DNA from: Octopus bimaculoides
Taxonomy: Eukaryota
Assembly: GCF_001194135.2 (NCBI RefSeq)
Contig: NC_068990.1
Coordinates: 87,438,640-87,502,639, forward strand
Length of the DNA stretch: 64,000 nt
Direction of reading: 5' to 3'
The notes under the pieces were generated by a model that worked only from the letters and a program-made list of their open reading frames with translations, had not been told where the DNA came from and did no database searches. Position 1 is the stretch's first letter. Each line of letters opens with the position of its first letter. Shown piece after piece: positions 50,953 to 64,000 of this stretch. Position numbers and translations under genes: made by a program.

Positions 50953-51406
50953 ATCTGGGGTTTCTGAGAAGTAGTGAACCTTTCCTATCTTACATGTAAT
51001 ATAATAAATGACATCTTTAAAAATATGTACACAAACACCTAAATTGAACAAATGCTTTCTCAGAGGCTTTAACAACATTTATAGATACGGGAATTACTAA
51101 GTTCTAATTTTGTTGTCTATAAAGGGTATTCTGTGTATCATTGCAGTTATACCCATTCCAGACGGGGTGGATATATATTAATGTGTTTACTACAATATTG
51201 TCAGTCAGTGTAATTCCTTCCATTTTTCAGTATACTTCCGCATAACAGTAAAAGTATTGTTAATTGTCGAAACGCTATTTGTATTAAGATAGAAAATGTT
51301 CGTTTCGAGATAGTCTTATAATTTCTAACGTATAATAAAATCCTTTTTTAATTTTCCTATATCAATATCTGTGAATGTGAGCAGACTTCTCTCTCTCTCT
51401 CACTCG

Positions 51407-51472
<66 letters not shown>

Positions 51473-52111
51473 TCATCATTAATAGAACATGCACGCGCAC
51501 ATATTTAATATTAGCGATATATTATTAAGGATAGAAAAATAAGTCAGAAGATAGTAGTTATATATTTCTTTCTTTATTCATTTATATACATATATACAAA
51601 TTTTAGGTTTTCTTCAGGAAACGATAGAAAACTGCTTATCATTTTTCTTCAGTTTCTGTGTCTTGTGCTGGAAGGCCAATCTTTGTATATATATTTGTGG
51701 AAAACGAAGAAAATTCACTCCATGGCGTGTGAAAAATTCCCGCTCTGCCAAATCGTTGAGGTGACATTAAGATAACTTTCTGTCTTTCGTTTGAACGATA
51801 AGGACAGGCAATGATTTAGTGGACAACACAAATTAGGTCAATTTGGCATTGGTCAGTAGCTTTCAGGAGAGTCTCTGTCGTGTCTTATCCGATACCATTA
51901 GTGCTAGTAAAACGTATCTCACTGTGATATTGGGATATCGTACTTAATGCTCCTTAGTGCTTGTATAGAATTTTTCTCATAATTAAAATTACTAGTAATC
52001 CATATTTTATAGGCGAGCTTTGGTCACGACTTCCAGGTTAATGTATACATACATACATACATATATATATATATATACATATATATATGCATATATATAT
52101 ATGTATACATA

Positions 52112-52160
<49 letters not shown>

Positions 52161-52619
52161 GACTCACAGTTGTCTAATACTTCTGCCCATTCACCATGAA
52201 TTGGCGTTTGGACACTCTTGCATTTCCATATTTCTCTTTCTCCGTCCTATTCTCCCTATGTTTATACTATTTGGGGGAAGAAGAATGAATACTTGAAATG
52301 TTCAAGATATCTAACACTCACCCACCTGCCATCATTTCTTGAACGTTAAACTTTTACCAATTCTATGTTTATCTTTTACTTCTTTACTCGTCCTTGCATT
52401 CTAATTTTCGTAACATATATATATATATAACAACAAAAATCTAAATTTTGGACATAGTCATAGTTCTGTGTATATTGGCATGGGTGATTCATATTACATG
52501 GGAGTGAATGTTCCGCAGGCCGTAATAGAAGGAAGTACGGTGTCACTCGTACGAAAGACGGCATTGCGATAAATATGGAGAAAGAAACCTATTATTGACA
52601 ACATACGTACCTATCGACA

Positions 52620-52930
52620 CAAGGAATATTGGTGAAACATTTCCATCATAACTTCCGGCAAATGCAGACATAACGAGCCTGATATGATTGTTTGAGACAG
52701 AAAAGAAAAATTATGTACAATGTCAGCTTTCCTGCATATGCGAATATTTCTTCCAAAATCAGTTAGAATGTGAATATTTACAGAGAAATGCTTCGAAACT
52801 TGCAGTTTCTTTTCTCTGATTATAAATTAGTTTATACCTATTACTGGTGCACTAGGTTACTTTAATAAGTATATAAGTTGCCATCATTCCAAGCTAGGCT
52901 TGTAAAACATGGTAAACAGCTAACGCGCAC
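52620..52930 (+). mobile_element. R4/Dong-like RLE relic in the GPCR intron
   Basis: HNEPDMIV*DRKEKLCT...FPAYANISSKIS...LRNLQFLFSDYK...ITGALG (with frameshifts). Confidence 0.7.
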
Positions 52931-53248
52931 TGTTGGCAGCGCAGTTGAAATAGGGAATATTTTTGTAAAATTCAACATGTAAAATTCATCGTTTTTCTTA
53001 TTGAAATTGCTGTGGTCAATCTTGCTTCTTTCTATGAGTTCAGCTCTTTCCTTATAGGGAAATTTCAAAGAGTTATAAAAAATGTAAGGTAAGAAACGTA
53101 TAATACATACATACATACACACGCACATGCATACACACGTACGTATGTATATTCATATTTACATATACACAGTAACGGCTTCATAGACTTTTCCTACAAT
53201 CACACATAGACATATTGTGAATGTGTTCACACACACTCACATATACGC

Positions 53249-53281
<33 letters not shown>

Positions 53282-53308
53282 TGTATGTATGTATGTATGT
53301 ATGTATGT

Positions 53309-53374
<66 letters not shown>

Positions 53375-53591
53375 GCATATATATATATGATGTACATATG
53401 TATATATAAATATTTTAACTTTATAAGCTAAAGGGCAAAAGTAAGCAGATAAATAAATCATTACCTTCAAATTGCAGAAAGGTCAAAATATAGTGACAAA
53501 AATATGTGAAAAAAAAAAAAATGTAGAAGAGAATGAATGGTTTTATAAATTTTATATTCTCAAATTTGAATGCTTAATATAATTTACTCAC

Positions 53592-53687
53592 CTTGTAGAA
53601 ATCCAGCGAATTTGCACATAGCTTCTCCAAACATCCAAACTTTATATATACTTTGGCTTACTGCTATAGGTATACACACTACAGTGA
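53592..53687 (-). CDS. Class A peptide GPCR, internal exon (TM2 end, ECL1, TM3 start)
   Basis: 96-nt exon with acceptor tttatttccag|TC and donor CAAG|gtgagt, phase 1/1. Translates (V)TVVCIPIAVSQSIYKVWMFGEAMCKFAGFLQG, which has the TM2 Pro, the ECL1 WxFG motif and the TM3 Cys. Confidence 0.93.
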
Positions 53688-53798
53688 CTGGAAATAAATA
53701 AAAGTGACACTGACATAATTTCTTGACATATATGTATGTATGTATGTGTGTGCTGTGTCTGTGTGTGCTGTGTCTGTGTGTGTTCAAATACATACGCT

Positions 53799-53870
<72 letters not shown>

Positions 53871-54112
53871 CATACATGAACACTCGCACAATAGACAAAT
53901 GCTCATAACCCATACAAATGTACAAAAAATATGTACTCAATAAGTCATGTAAAGAATATATTCGCGATTTTGTCGATAATGATCCTCACGTACATTGCTC
54001 AGAGTTCTCATGACATGTAGAGACATAAATGATGTAATTGCTAAATTACAAAGATATAAACACACCGAGATTATTATTATTATTATTATTATTATGATTG
54101 TTATTGTTATTC

Positions 54113-54290
54113 AAGGCGGCGAGCTGGCAGAATCATCAGCGCGCTGGACGAAATGCGAAGTAGTATTTCGCTCGTCGCTACGTTCCGAGTTCAAATTTTT
54201 TCCTGGAAGATTGAGGTTGATGTAATCGACTCATCCCCTCCTCCTCCTAATAATGCCTACCCTTGTGGCAAAATCCGAAACCATTATTAT
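54113..54290 (+). mobile_element. Main-family SINE with internal deletion
   Basis: AAGGCGGCGAGCTGGCAGAATC head, GAGTTCAAATT B-box and a ccttgtggcaaaatccgaaaccattatt tail. Confidence 0.85.
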
Positions 54291-55684
54291 TATTGTTGTT
54301 GTTGTTGTTGTCGTTGTTATTCATACTTGGAGCCCACGATTGAAACAAACTGGTGAGTTTTCTCCAAATTTGCTCTTCTTTTGCCATTTGCGTCTTCTGA
54401 AGTTGTAACTATTGTTTTGCGGATGTATCGAGGTTTCCACTGAAGAATTTTTGCTGCTGAAATGCCCGTTCCGAAAATTCTTTTTCGGTTATACATTCTT
54501 AATCGGATTTTTTCATAAGATGGCCAGCAGAAGCGTGGTCGTAGGAGAAAATGTTTAAATAAGGGAGGAGTCGTAGGAGAAAATGTATTAAGTCCCTCAT
54601 GCTTAAACGAGGGATGCACAAAATACCTTGCGGTAGTTAGTTCCAGCTCTTTACATTCTGTAACCATATCTCTCAGAGATATATAAATGTATATCATTTG
54701 ATTATGACAATAGTGAGAGTAGTTGAAGTGGCTGTAATACATGCGAGTGCAAGGAGGGGCAAAATTTTAGAGGGCACATGAGGAGTGTAAAGAAAGGATA
54801 AGGACTACAGAGTTAAAATGAAAGGTAGGGAGGGTGAAGAAAGGTAGAAAGAAATGTAGGAGGTTAGAGAGAAGGAAAAGGAAAAACTAGAAGAGAAAGG
54901 GGAATAAAAAGAAGAAAAAGTGAGTACGAAATGAAGTGAGGGTTGAAGGAATAAGTGAAGGAGAAAAAAAAAAGAAAACAATGAAAGAGGAGAAAGAATG
55001 AATGAAGGGAAGCTATGCATGAAGGAAACAACATTTTAACAGAGATGGTAAAGAAATGGAGTAAGCAGAAAATGAGAAAAAGAGAGAGACAGAGACGGAA
55101 AGACGAACAATGTAAAACTGTGATAAATTTAGCTGCATCAAAATACTGCATTCATTGATGGTGAAGGGAAGGAGGGAGTAGGGAAGTGAGGTCAGTTAAC
55201 ATAGGAAAGGGAAGGGTGGTAGTTGATTGAAGAAAAGCAGACTTTAAACAGAGAGGGAAATGTGGAGTGATAGATAATATATAAGGTGTGTGGGAGGATA
55301 AAGGATAAAGCGGACGTATGAGGGGCTGGCACCGTAGGGGTAAGGTGGAGTATGCAGATAACTACAGTAAAAATATTTAGTTAATAAACAGATAAATAAA
55401 TAGGTTTGTTAAAATTAGAAGCAAAATATTCTGCACAAAAATAAATAAATAAATAGTTAGGTCAAAATTGATGACGGAATTAATGGTATTTCGGTGTGTG
55501 CACGAGTCCATTTTATCAAGGACCTTTATGTGACCTGTGTTCTAATTTATCAACTCCAGAAGAGGAGAAAGCAAAGTTTAACTCCAGAGGGATCCGAAAT
55601 TAGATGAGAAGAAGCCAGGGCGTTATGTTCGGCATTTCAACGATTAAACCACAACGAAATGAGAAAATTAATAATAAATATTGG

Positions 55685-55850
55685 CTTCAAATTTCGGCAT
55701 AAGACCAGCATGTTCCGAGCGAGAACAGGGAATTAAGGCGACTACATCGACCCTAAGTTGCTCGACTGGTACATTTGAACTCGGCGGCATTTGAACTCAG
55801 AGCTTAGTATTTTACTCAGCATGCTTGCGATTCTGCCAGCTCGCCGCCTT
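55685..55850 (-). mobile_element. Main-family SINE with internal deletions
   Basis: gattctgccagctcgccgcctt head on the plus strand, plus atttgaactc and catcgacccta segments. Confidence 0.8.
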
Positions 55851-56538
55851 AATCTCAACTTAAATATACTACAAATATTTTAAACTTTGCTTATTTTCAC
55901 GCATCAGCCAGTTCGAGCCAAGAACTGAACTTATAGAAATCTGATTCAGTACGAATATTTACCGTTCAACATGCCATATCTAGAGCTTTATACCTACCAC
56001 ACTAATACACTTCTACTTCTTCGTCTTTCTTTTCTTCTTCCCTCTTTTTCAATTCGTTTTATCTACTCAAATATTGTTGTAATATCTAAACGGATTACCG
56101 CTGAAAATAATTCTACATTAAATCAAATTCTGTTAATTATACAGACTTTGCCTACATGAAATTTATCGCGCTCAATCCAAAAGATAGACACATCCATATC
56201 AATGTTATTAATAACAATAAAGCTCATAGTTTGACGATGGCTCTAAACGGTGAAACCTCAGAATCTCTCTATTCTATGAAAAATAATCCCATAACCTACA
56301 TTTATATTGAGTATTTCATCAGATAAGACTTGGTTGTCTTCATGTACAATCAGATATAAAATGTATACATTTNNNNNNNNNNNNNNNNNNNNNNNNNNNN
56401 NNNNNNNNNNNNNNNNNNNNNNNNNNNNNNNNNNNNNNNNNNNNNNNNNNNNNNNNNNNNNNNNNNNNNNNNNNNNNNNNNNNNNNNNNNNNNNNNNNNN
56501 NNNNNNNNNNNNNNNNNNNNNTATATATTAGTATATTA

Positions 56539-56574
<36 letters not shown>

Positions 56575-56657
56575 GTATGTATGAATGTATGTATGTACAT
56601 ATATAAATGTATATACACACACCCACAAGCTTATCTATAAGTCTTGGTGGTCCAAAT

Positions 56658-56760
56658 CAGAGGTGCAATCTATGTGGGTGTCTTTTCAGAACATTGACTG
56701 GTTTAAAAAGCCACATCAGATACCATGATGGTGCTAAAGTGTAGGTACAGGAGGTGGTCA
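56658..56760 (+). mobile_element. LINE 3' fragment ending in a single C2H2 finger
   Basis: QRCNLCGCLFRTLTGLKSHIRYHDGAKV* (stop at 56742-56744). It has the same GLKSH signature as the fingers at 37900-38215. Confidence 0.6.
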
Positions 56761-56766
56761 ACCACC

Positions 56767-56812
<46 letters not shown>

Positions 56813-57304
56813 ATGTATGTTTGTACGTATGCGTGTGTGTGATAGGTACACGCAGGCATCACTCACACGTACACACATACATGTATTTAACTGTTTGATG
56901 TAGATGAGACTTGTAACTTACAATCACTTTTGTGTATAATATAGAAGGTTAGTGTGGGATCAATAGGATGCCGAAAGGGAAATTAACAGGTGTTGAATAC
57001 GTGAAATTTATACTTGTACACAGGTATAAACTCTGTCTTCACTGGGCTGGAAGGGCCGCTGATATTACATACATCCAACCATAAAGGCTTTCTCTCTCTC
57101 TCTCTCTCTCTCCCTCTCGCTCACTCTTTCTATCTCACGCTCACACACATTTTTAATTAGCATTTCCGTTAGAAAAGGTGGGAATCTCAATAATTAATGT
57201 CAGATACCGAATATGTCAAGTGGAGAGTAAATTAATTTATTCAATGATGACTCTTACAAGACTGTAATGCTGCAAACTTGGTGTGTGTGTGTGTGTGTAC
57301 GAAG

Positions 57305-57402
57305 TCGAACCCGGCGTATTTGAACTCAGGATGTCAAGACGGATGAAATGCCGTTATGTATGCTCTCCGGCATGCTAACGATTCTGCGAGCTTGCCGTCT
57401 TG
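57305..57402 (-). mobile_element. SINE 5' fragment
   Basis: atttgaactcag...gaaatgccg...gctaacgattctgcgagcttgccgtctt. Confidence 0.7.
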
Positions 57403-57856
57403 ATAATATCTTAGTAAAACAGAGTTTTAATGAAACGTTGAAGAGATACGATTTGGGATGAGTGGATTGTCATTATGATGACAAATTGATTCCTATTTTG
57501 TTCTGAAAGAAAATAATTCCGTATCCATTTGATCATTCTTTGACCATCTTTTGCGAAACATTAAAAAAGTCTATGACATTATCCCGATTGACATTATTCG
57601 TTATAAAAATGAATGTAAAAAGTACGATGAAAAATTTCCGAGTTTTTGTGTAGCCTACAGATCGCAAATATTTTTGATATGTTGAAATATTCTGAAATAT
57701 TCTGAAATGTGAGCTGAGTTGTATATCTTGTAAGTTCATTACGTTTTTGTGTCAAGCTGTTGAATGAATGGAGATTTACACCTCTTTGCTTTTTTGAACC
57801 CCAAGATTATTCTAAAAAAATAACTTTATGAATAGAATCATGGTATGTGAAATGTA

Positions 57857-57965
<109 letters not shown>

Positions 57966-60001
57966 TACAATGGCTGGCCGAAGCCGAAAAAGGTAAGCAC
58001 AATGAAAAATTTAGCAACGAAATGAAGGCCTGCGTGAGCGTGGGTGATAAGCTCTCTGAACACATGTTGCAAGAGTCACCCATTGTTGTCACATCTGTGC
58101 AAAAGAGTGTCGGTGTGTCTCTAGTAGGACTGAAACGTCACATCCATGCTGTTCGTGTTGAAGAGAATAATCAAACATTGGCATTGATCAAAATCGAGTC
58201 GCAGCCATCAAGTGTGAGTGCTTCTGGACACGTTTATATCTATTAGGCACTTTAATTTTAATGCACAAATGGAATACTTTATAAACATGTTTGTGTGTAT
58301 GCTTGTATTTGAGTTTGGTGCATATGCTCTACTATTGCGATTTGAAAGATATAGAAAATATAGCTGTAGTTGCTGTTTAAATTGATTAAAATACGAGTAG
58401 AAGCTATGCCAGCTGTGACCATTCCAGTTTTAGCTGTGAAACCATATCTGGAATTGCGTTGTTAAAGGTCAATTTGCACGTAAATTCGTCTCATTATCCA
58501 TTTGAGATAGTTCCCTTATCTCAGGCAGAAATCTGTCTACAATTGTCCCTTGTCTGGAAGCAAAGATCAAACTCCCCTTCTAAGAATGTAAATCAACTTT
58601 AAGATTACTTTCTGACAATACCTCTTTGTCTTTAAGAGTTGCTAATAATTACAAGAAACTCCAATTAATTAATTAATTAATTAATTAATTAATTTAGAAC
58701 CACCTGCATACGGCATACAACATATCGCCTATTTAACTTAATCATCAAATTATATACCATTGGTTTATTTGAGTTATTTTATTTAGCTCATAATTTCAAT
58801 TAAACATTATTAAGCATGCCCCCCCTCTCTCTCAATAAAATAGACATATGATATGGAACAGACTTAGCTACTATTTGTTGCAGGATGAGTGACTGCTTAG
58901 AATTTCTCTCACTGGCTCTGCGAATCTAGCAGACAATAATTCTTTAGTTAATTGGCTTGTTTCATCCATCAGAGCTAAGACCACAGAGAAGCATTGCATT
59001 CAAAAGGTTGTGTCTCGGACCTTAATTCACATTAGGCATTTGACAATCTAACAAAGCTTTACTGCATGTTGTTAACAGCAATTAATTTCAAGAAAACGTC
59101 ATATGTAAAGATAAATAAATAAATATATATAAATAAAAGAAGCAGGTAATATGGTAATTATGCTGTCTAGACGGATACTCATTATTCTGGTCGTCTTTAG
59201 TTCAGTCTGTTGAATTTCTTGATTAAAAATAGTCAGATTCTTTAAATCAAGACACTCCAGGAGCTTATATGGACATATTTTGTTGGATTCTATTTTTCTA
59301 TATTTTATTTTTTCGTTTCGTTTTTGTTTTAATGGCTGAGTCAGAAAAGAATGATTCGTGTTTTTAACACTTTCCTCGACCTCTGAAACGTGACAGAAGG
59401 TGGCGAGGAAGTTATCTCCAAACCGGAATCGTATTCCGAAAACTTACAAGACAGTGGACTCCGCTAAATGCATCCAGTACTCAGGAGTTGCGTTAAACCG
59501 GGGGACTTTGTGTACCCTCTTTAACTGTTCCCAAGCACATTGTTTATATTCCTACTCACATTCTTTAGGATTTGTTGAAAAGAGATGCACCAAGTTCTCG
59601 GTAAACTATTTCAGTATTAATATACTAATTTTACAATATGAATTATTGTCGTCGGGTCTTGAACGTCGGTTTAAGAGTGTAAGCGAGAATTCATGTAGAG
59701 ACTTTTGCGCTGTGAAGAACATACGAAATACATATGTATCGGACAATCAGTTTTGAAATTTAAAGTAATGTGGAAACATTGATTTAAAAAAAAAAAATGT
59801 TTGCATGGATTTCTTTTAAGCCACACCTTGCAAATCATTTATTACGTCTTTTCTAAAAATGGAAGATTCGTTTCCGACTTTTAATTTCTGAATATCAGCT
59901 TCAGGTTCGGCATACTATTTATTTCTTGGTTAAAATGAATTTTTTAATTCATTTTTTATTAAATCACAAAGTGATTAGGATTAAGTGATCGACAACTGCA
60001 G

Positions 60002-60057
<56 letters not shown>

Positions 60058-60091
60058 GTCTGTCTGTCTGTCTGTCTGTCTNNNNNNNNNN

Positions 60092-60167
<76 letters not shown>

Positions 60168-62387
60168 TTTGTATTTGAGGAGTACGAATATATCTTATTT
60201 GTATTTGTAATTAAATGTGTATCATTAATAAATTGAAAATAAGCTAAAAACATTTTAAATTTACAGAAAGTGAAACTGCAAATGCTTTCAAGTGGAAATA
60301 AAATATATCTATGCTCTTCAAATTTAATCGAAAAACATTATTTCTATAGAAAAAAGGCAAAAAATTGTATTACATCAGCAAATCCACTATCGGCAATCAA
60401 TTGCTGATTAAATTTTTAAAATCCTTAAATTTAAAAAGGAATAAAATTAAAAGAAATTTTCTTATCGTTGAAGATAAAGTCATAAAACGCTGAACACTGT
60501 TTAAAAAGCATAATAATAAGACAAAAATGCCTACTATTGCGAATATTTTTCTTTTTTTCTAAAAGGAATATATTTCTGATGTTATTTTTATTGTTGATAT
60601 ACATTGCACTCATTGTAAAGTAGAAGAAATAATATAATGGATATATTTTTGTAGTCACTTGTTAGTTCATTTCTAAAAGTGTTTGTAACAGTGAATGAGG
60701 AGAAATATATTTTTTGAAGGAAATGGAACTGAGGTAATTAGAAGACGAACTATGTCGATAACAAAATGAAACGGTAGTTTGAATATGATAAAAAAAAAAG
60801 ATGGGTGGAGAAGAAGGAAACATAAGCTAACCCGCTCATCTCTCTTAGTTTTCTAGTCTCTCTTCTTTTCCCCGTGTTTGTAATAAATACTTTTTCTAGT
60901 AAATATGAAATATGGAAGCATATGATGTTTAGCCTCCAAAAATCTTTCAGATAACAATAGAAAAAAATATCAAAAGCGAGGGCAAAGGTACCAATATGGC
61001 TGTGGCTTTCGGTTAGCAAAAATTACCCCAAATTTGCAAACTTTAAAAGCTATTATTTTTGCTTTTATTAATTTAAGGCAAAAAATGAATTTCACTTCCA
61101 TAATTTGTATACAAAACTACATCAACACACCAAATCTGAAATCAGTTGGAACAAAATTGAAAGCCAAACAAAAAGATCCTGTATGAGAAATAGGAGCGGT
61201 GAATTCCTGAGAAGGAGGAAAGAAATGAAAATGTTGAATTATTCTCGGATGTGAGGCTGGTAACTGATCAAATCGAGGCTTCAGCATAACCTACAAAAAG
61301 ATTAACAGAATTGGATCCAATTCTAATGTCCATACCCCCCCCCCCCNNNNNNNNNNNNCCCCCCATTGACCTGTCGCTAAAAGTCTTCTGCAAACGAGAA
61401 GCAGATGAGACTGAGTACAAATTCAGCAAAAGTTAATAAGGTAGCAGTACTATAAGGCGATAGTTGAAAGATATTTGAATGTGGGAAGGTCGTACTGTGA
61501 GGAATGACGGTATGTGGAGAATATCTAAGGTGCATAAGAATCTGAAGAGAACGGGGAGGAGAAGGAGTCGAAGAACTGGAAGACAGGATTTGTGTCATGG
61601 CAGAAAGAAAGGAGGGAAGCTGATGGGGGGAAAGAATGAGGTCGAGGTATTTTGATAGGAAGTCTCTGGTGCAATTATAGAATAAGACGATGAGGTGGCA
61701 AGGGTAGTTAGGTTCGTGGATTTGGAGAAGGTGGGTGCGGGATGTGTGTATAATGAGGTTGATGGCGGCGAGGACGAAGGAAGAGGAGATAAGCTGGTGG
61801 ACGGTGACGTATACGAATTTCTGATAGTGGAGAGTAGGATCGGGGTAGGGACGATAGAATTTGGAATTGTGAATCTGTCGGCGTGCCACTGCTTGTCGAG
61901 GTCAGTGTAACAAACGTGCACCCCAGTCAGTCAGTTGGATTCTGAGCTTATCTTGACTACACACAACGCGTGCGCATCCGCATCGATGGTATTTTGGGTG
62001 TAAATCCTAGGTATGCAATATTGACTAACATATATAAATGAATGCAATTAACAAATCAGATTTTCGTATCAGTTCTTATGAGAGCCAGCAGAGAAGAGGA
62101 TACCTACGTTATACACATGTTCACCCACAAAACAATTTTAAATAGACAAAAGTTAACACCATATATATGTAATTAAAAATTTTGAGAATAAAATTTATTC
62201 ATAAATAAATGGTAGCGTGTTAACTTTAGTATCGAAATTACTAATTAGATTATCCTGTTATCCAGTTATCACCCATCTCTTTTAATCGATTCAATACTAA
62301 TCAAGAAATGGGGACGTTTTCAACGTTTGAATATACATATAAAATGAACTAAAAATGCATGCAAAAAGGTCAACTGATATCAATACA

Positions 62388-62600
62388 GTAGCGAGCTGTC
62401 AGAATCGTTAACACGCCGGGCGAAATGCTTAGCGGTATTTAGTCTGTCTTCACGTTTTGAGTTTAAATTCCACCGAGGTCGACTTTGCCTTTCATCCTTT
62501 TGGGGTCGATAAATTAAGTACCAGTTGCGTACTGGGGTTGATCTAACCGACTGGCCCCCTCCCCACAAATTTCAGGCCCTGTGCCTATAGTAGAAACGGT
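62388..62600 (+). mobile_element. Main-family SINE, near full length
   Basis: gcgagctgtcagaatcgttaac head, central domain, and ggccctgtgcctatagtagaaa tail. Confidence 0.92.
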
Positions 62601-62966
62601 ATTAATATTTAAAAGTGTACACACACAAAGTAGCTCTGCGTTACTTTATTCTGTGTTGCTTTTTATTTATACAAATATATGATGAACAAAGATATAAGAA
62701 ATGATGTTCAATAATTTATTTTCTCTGGTGGAAAATTTTTATGAATCTGAAGATACCATTATTTTGAATAAAATATAATGTTATAAAAGAAACAATTTTT
62801 TTAACCTCATTAATATTTTTAATATGAATTTCATACGTTTTATTCGAATTGATTGATTTTAATTTGTTCTGAATAATAAAAGCTGAAACAACTCAAATCA
62901 AAGTTCAATTTTTCATCTTTTAATTTGATATTCGTTTATTAACTTTGACATCAAATAGGTGTGAGT

Positions 62967-63028
<62 letters not shown>

Positions 63029-63156
63029 NNNNNNNNNNNNNNNNNNNNNNNNNNNNNNNNNNNNNNNNNNNNNNNNNNNNNNNNNNNNNNNNNNNNNNNN
63101 NNNNNNNNNNNNNNNNNNNNNNNNNNNNNNNNNNNNNNNNNNNNNNNNNNNNNNNN

Positions 63157-63200
<44 letters not shown>

Positions 63201-64000
63201 TGCGCGTGTGTGTGTGTGTGTGTGTGTGCGTGTGTGAGCGCGCCTGTGAGTGAGTAAGTGTAGGTTAGACGAAGAGGTACTTTGGAAAATAAAATCAACG
63301 TAATATATTCTAAATATTATCTGGGCACGATCATGTTTCTAGCAGCCAGACGTACATAGAAGTATATGAACACGGGTTGTTTTCATCAGTGAAACTATAA
63401 TGAGAGTATGAAGAAGATATTTCCTGTTTATAAGATCGTGAGGGGCGAACTGGTGATATAAGGAAACATCAAAGATGTCCTGATCATAAATATGCCTGGT
63501 TTTCTTTGCAAGTTTTTGCAAGTGTATTCAAATCAACGAAATTAATATTAAAAGTGCAATTATAATTAGCTTTTAGAAATGAGCTGTTTTAGTAATTATA
63601 TGAGCTGTATCGAACGTTCGATGTACGATGTAAGGAGATAATAATAACGTCCTTACAAATCGTTCTACTCAAGATACTGGTAATAACCCTCAGCAATACG
63701 CAACTCTCAGTTTTACCCTNNNNNNNNNNTGGTAATAACCCTCAGCAATACGCAACTCTCAGTTTTACCCTGCTGTGAAGGCTCTCTGCATATGTCCATT
63801 TATATTGTGGCACAGTCCATTAGGAGCCAACCAATAGGGGTGGTCTACTTCCACACAACAATATGAATATATACTTAGAAAGCTCAATACTAGTATAAAA
63901 TATCCGGTTTAGAATAAGAAAATAAATAATTATTACTAAAACGAACAGATACACGAAATTAAATCAAACTTCATATTGAAATGATTACATAATGCATTCT

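Noticed and set aside
50297-50965. CRISPR-like repeat-spacer appearance
   Set aside because: The context is eukaryotic, the long units are SINEs, and there are no cas genes or constant short repeats with unique spacers.
61380-61915. Purine-rich region with overlapping ORFs (similar region at 54740-55340)
   Set aside because: No recognisable domain. Compositional bias or a very old LINE relic explains the open frames.

Overview
This is AT-rich eukaryotic genomic DNA, dense in microsatellites, with many N gaps sitting next to simple repeats. The repeat landscape resembles an Octopus short-read scaffold (inference). One protein-coding gene is supported: a minus-strand class A (rhodopsin-like) neuropeptide-type GPCR. 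Three of its coding exons can be spliced by hand with canonical GT-AG sites and consistent phases: 53687-53592, 44475-43796 and 40783-40337. They encode about 407 residues, from mid-TM2 to a long Ser-rich C-tail. The exon for the N-terminus, TM1 and early TM2 was not found, so it is probably beyond 64000 or inside a gap. The rest is decayed mobile DNA: many tRNA-derived SINEs from at least two families, relics of RTE, Tx1/L1, CR1-like, R4/Dong-like and Penelope-like retroelements, Tc1 and maT-like (DD37D) transposons, and a Tigger-like MITE. Most other ORFs in the track are microsatellite or gap artefacts. The most notable non-coding items are a near-canonical type I hammerhead ribozyme (18783-18857, minus strand), hammerhead-like variants in a (TA)n-anchored repeat family, a 313-bp near-perfect foldback, a MITE-like element with a microsatellite core, and a head-to-head SINE pair plus a tandem SINE array inside the GPCR intron. 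I see no firm evidence of a wholly new biological system. The ribozyme and foldback elements are the best leads.
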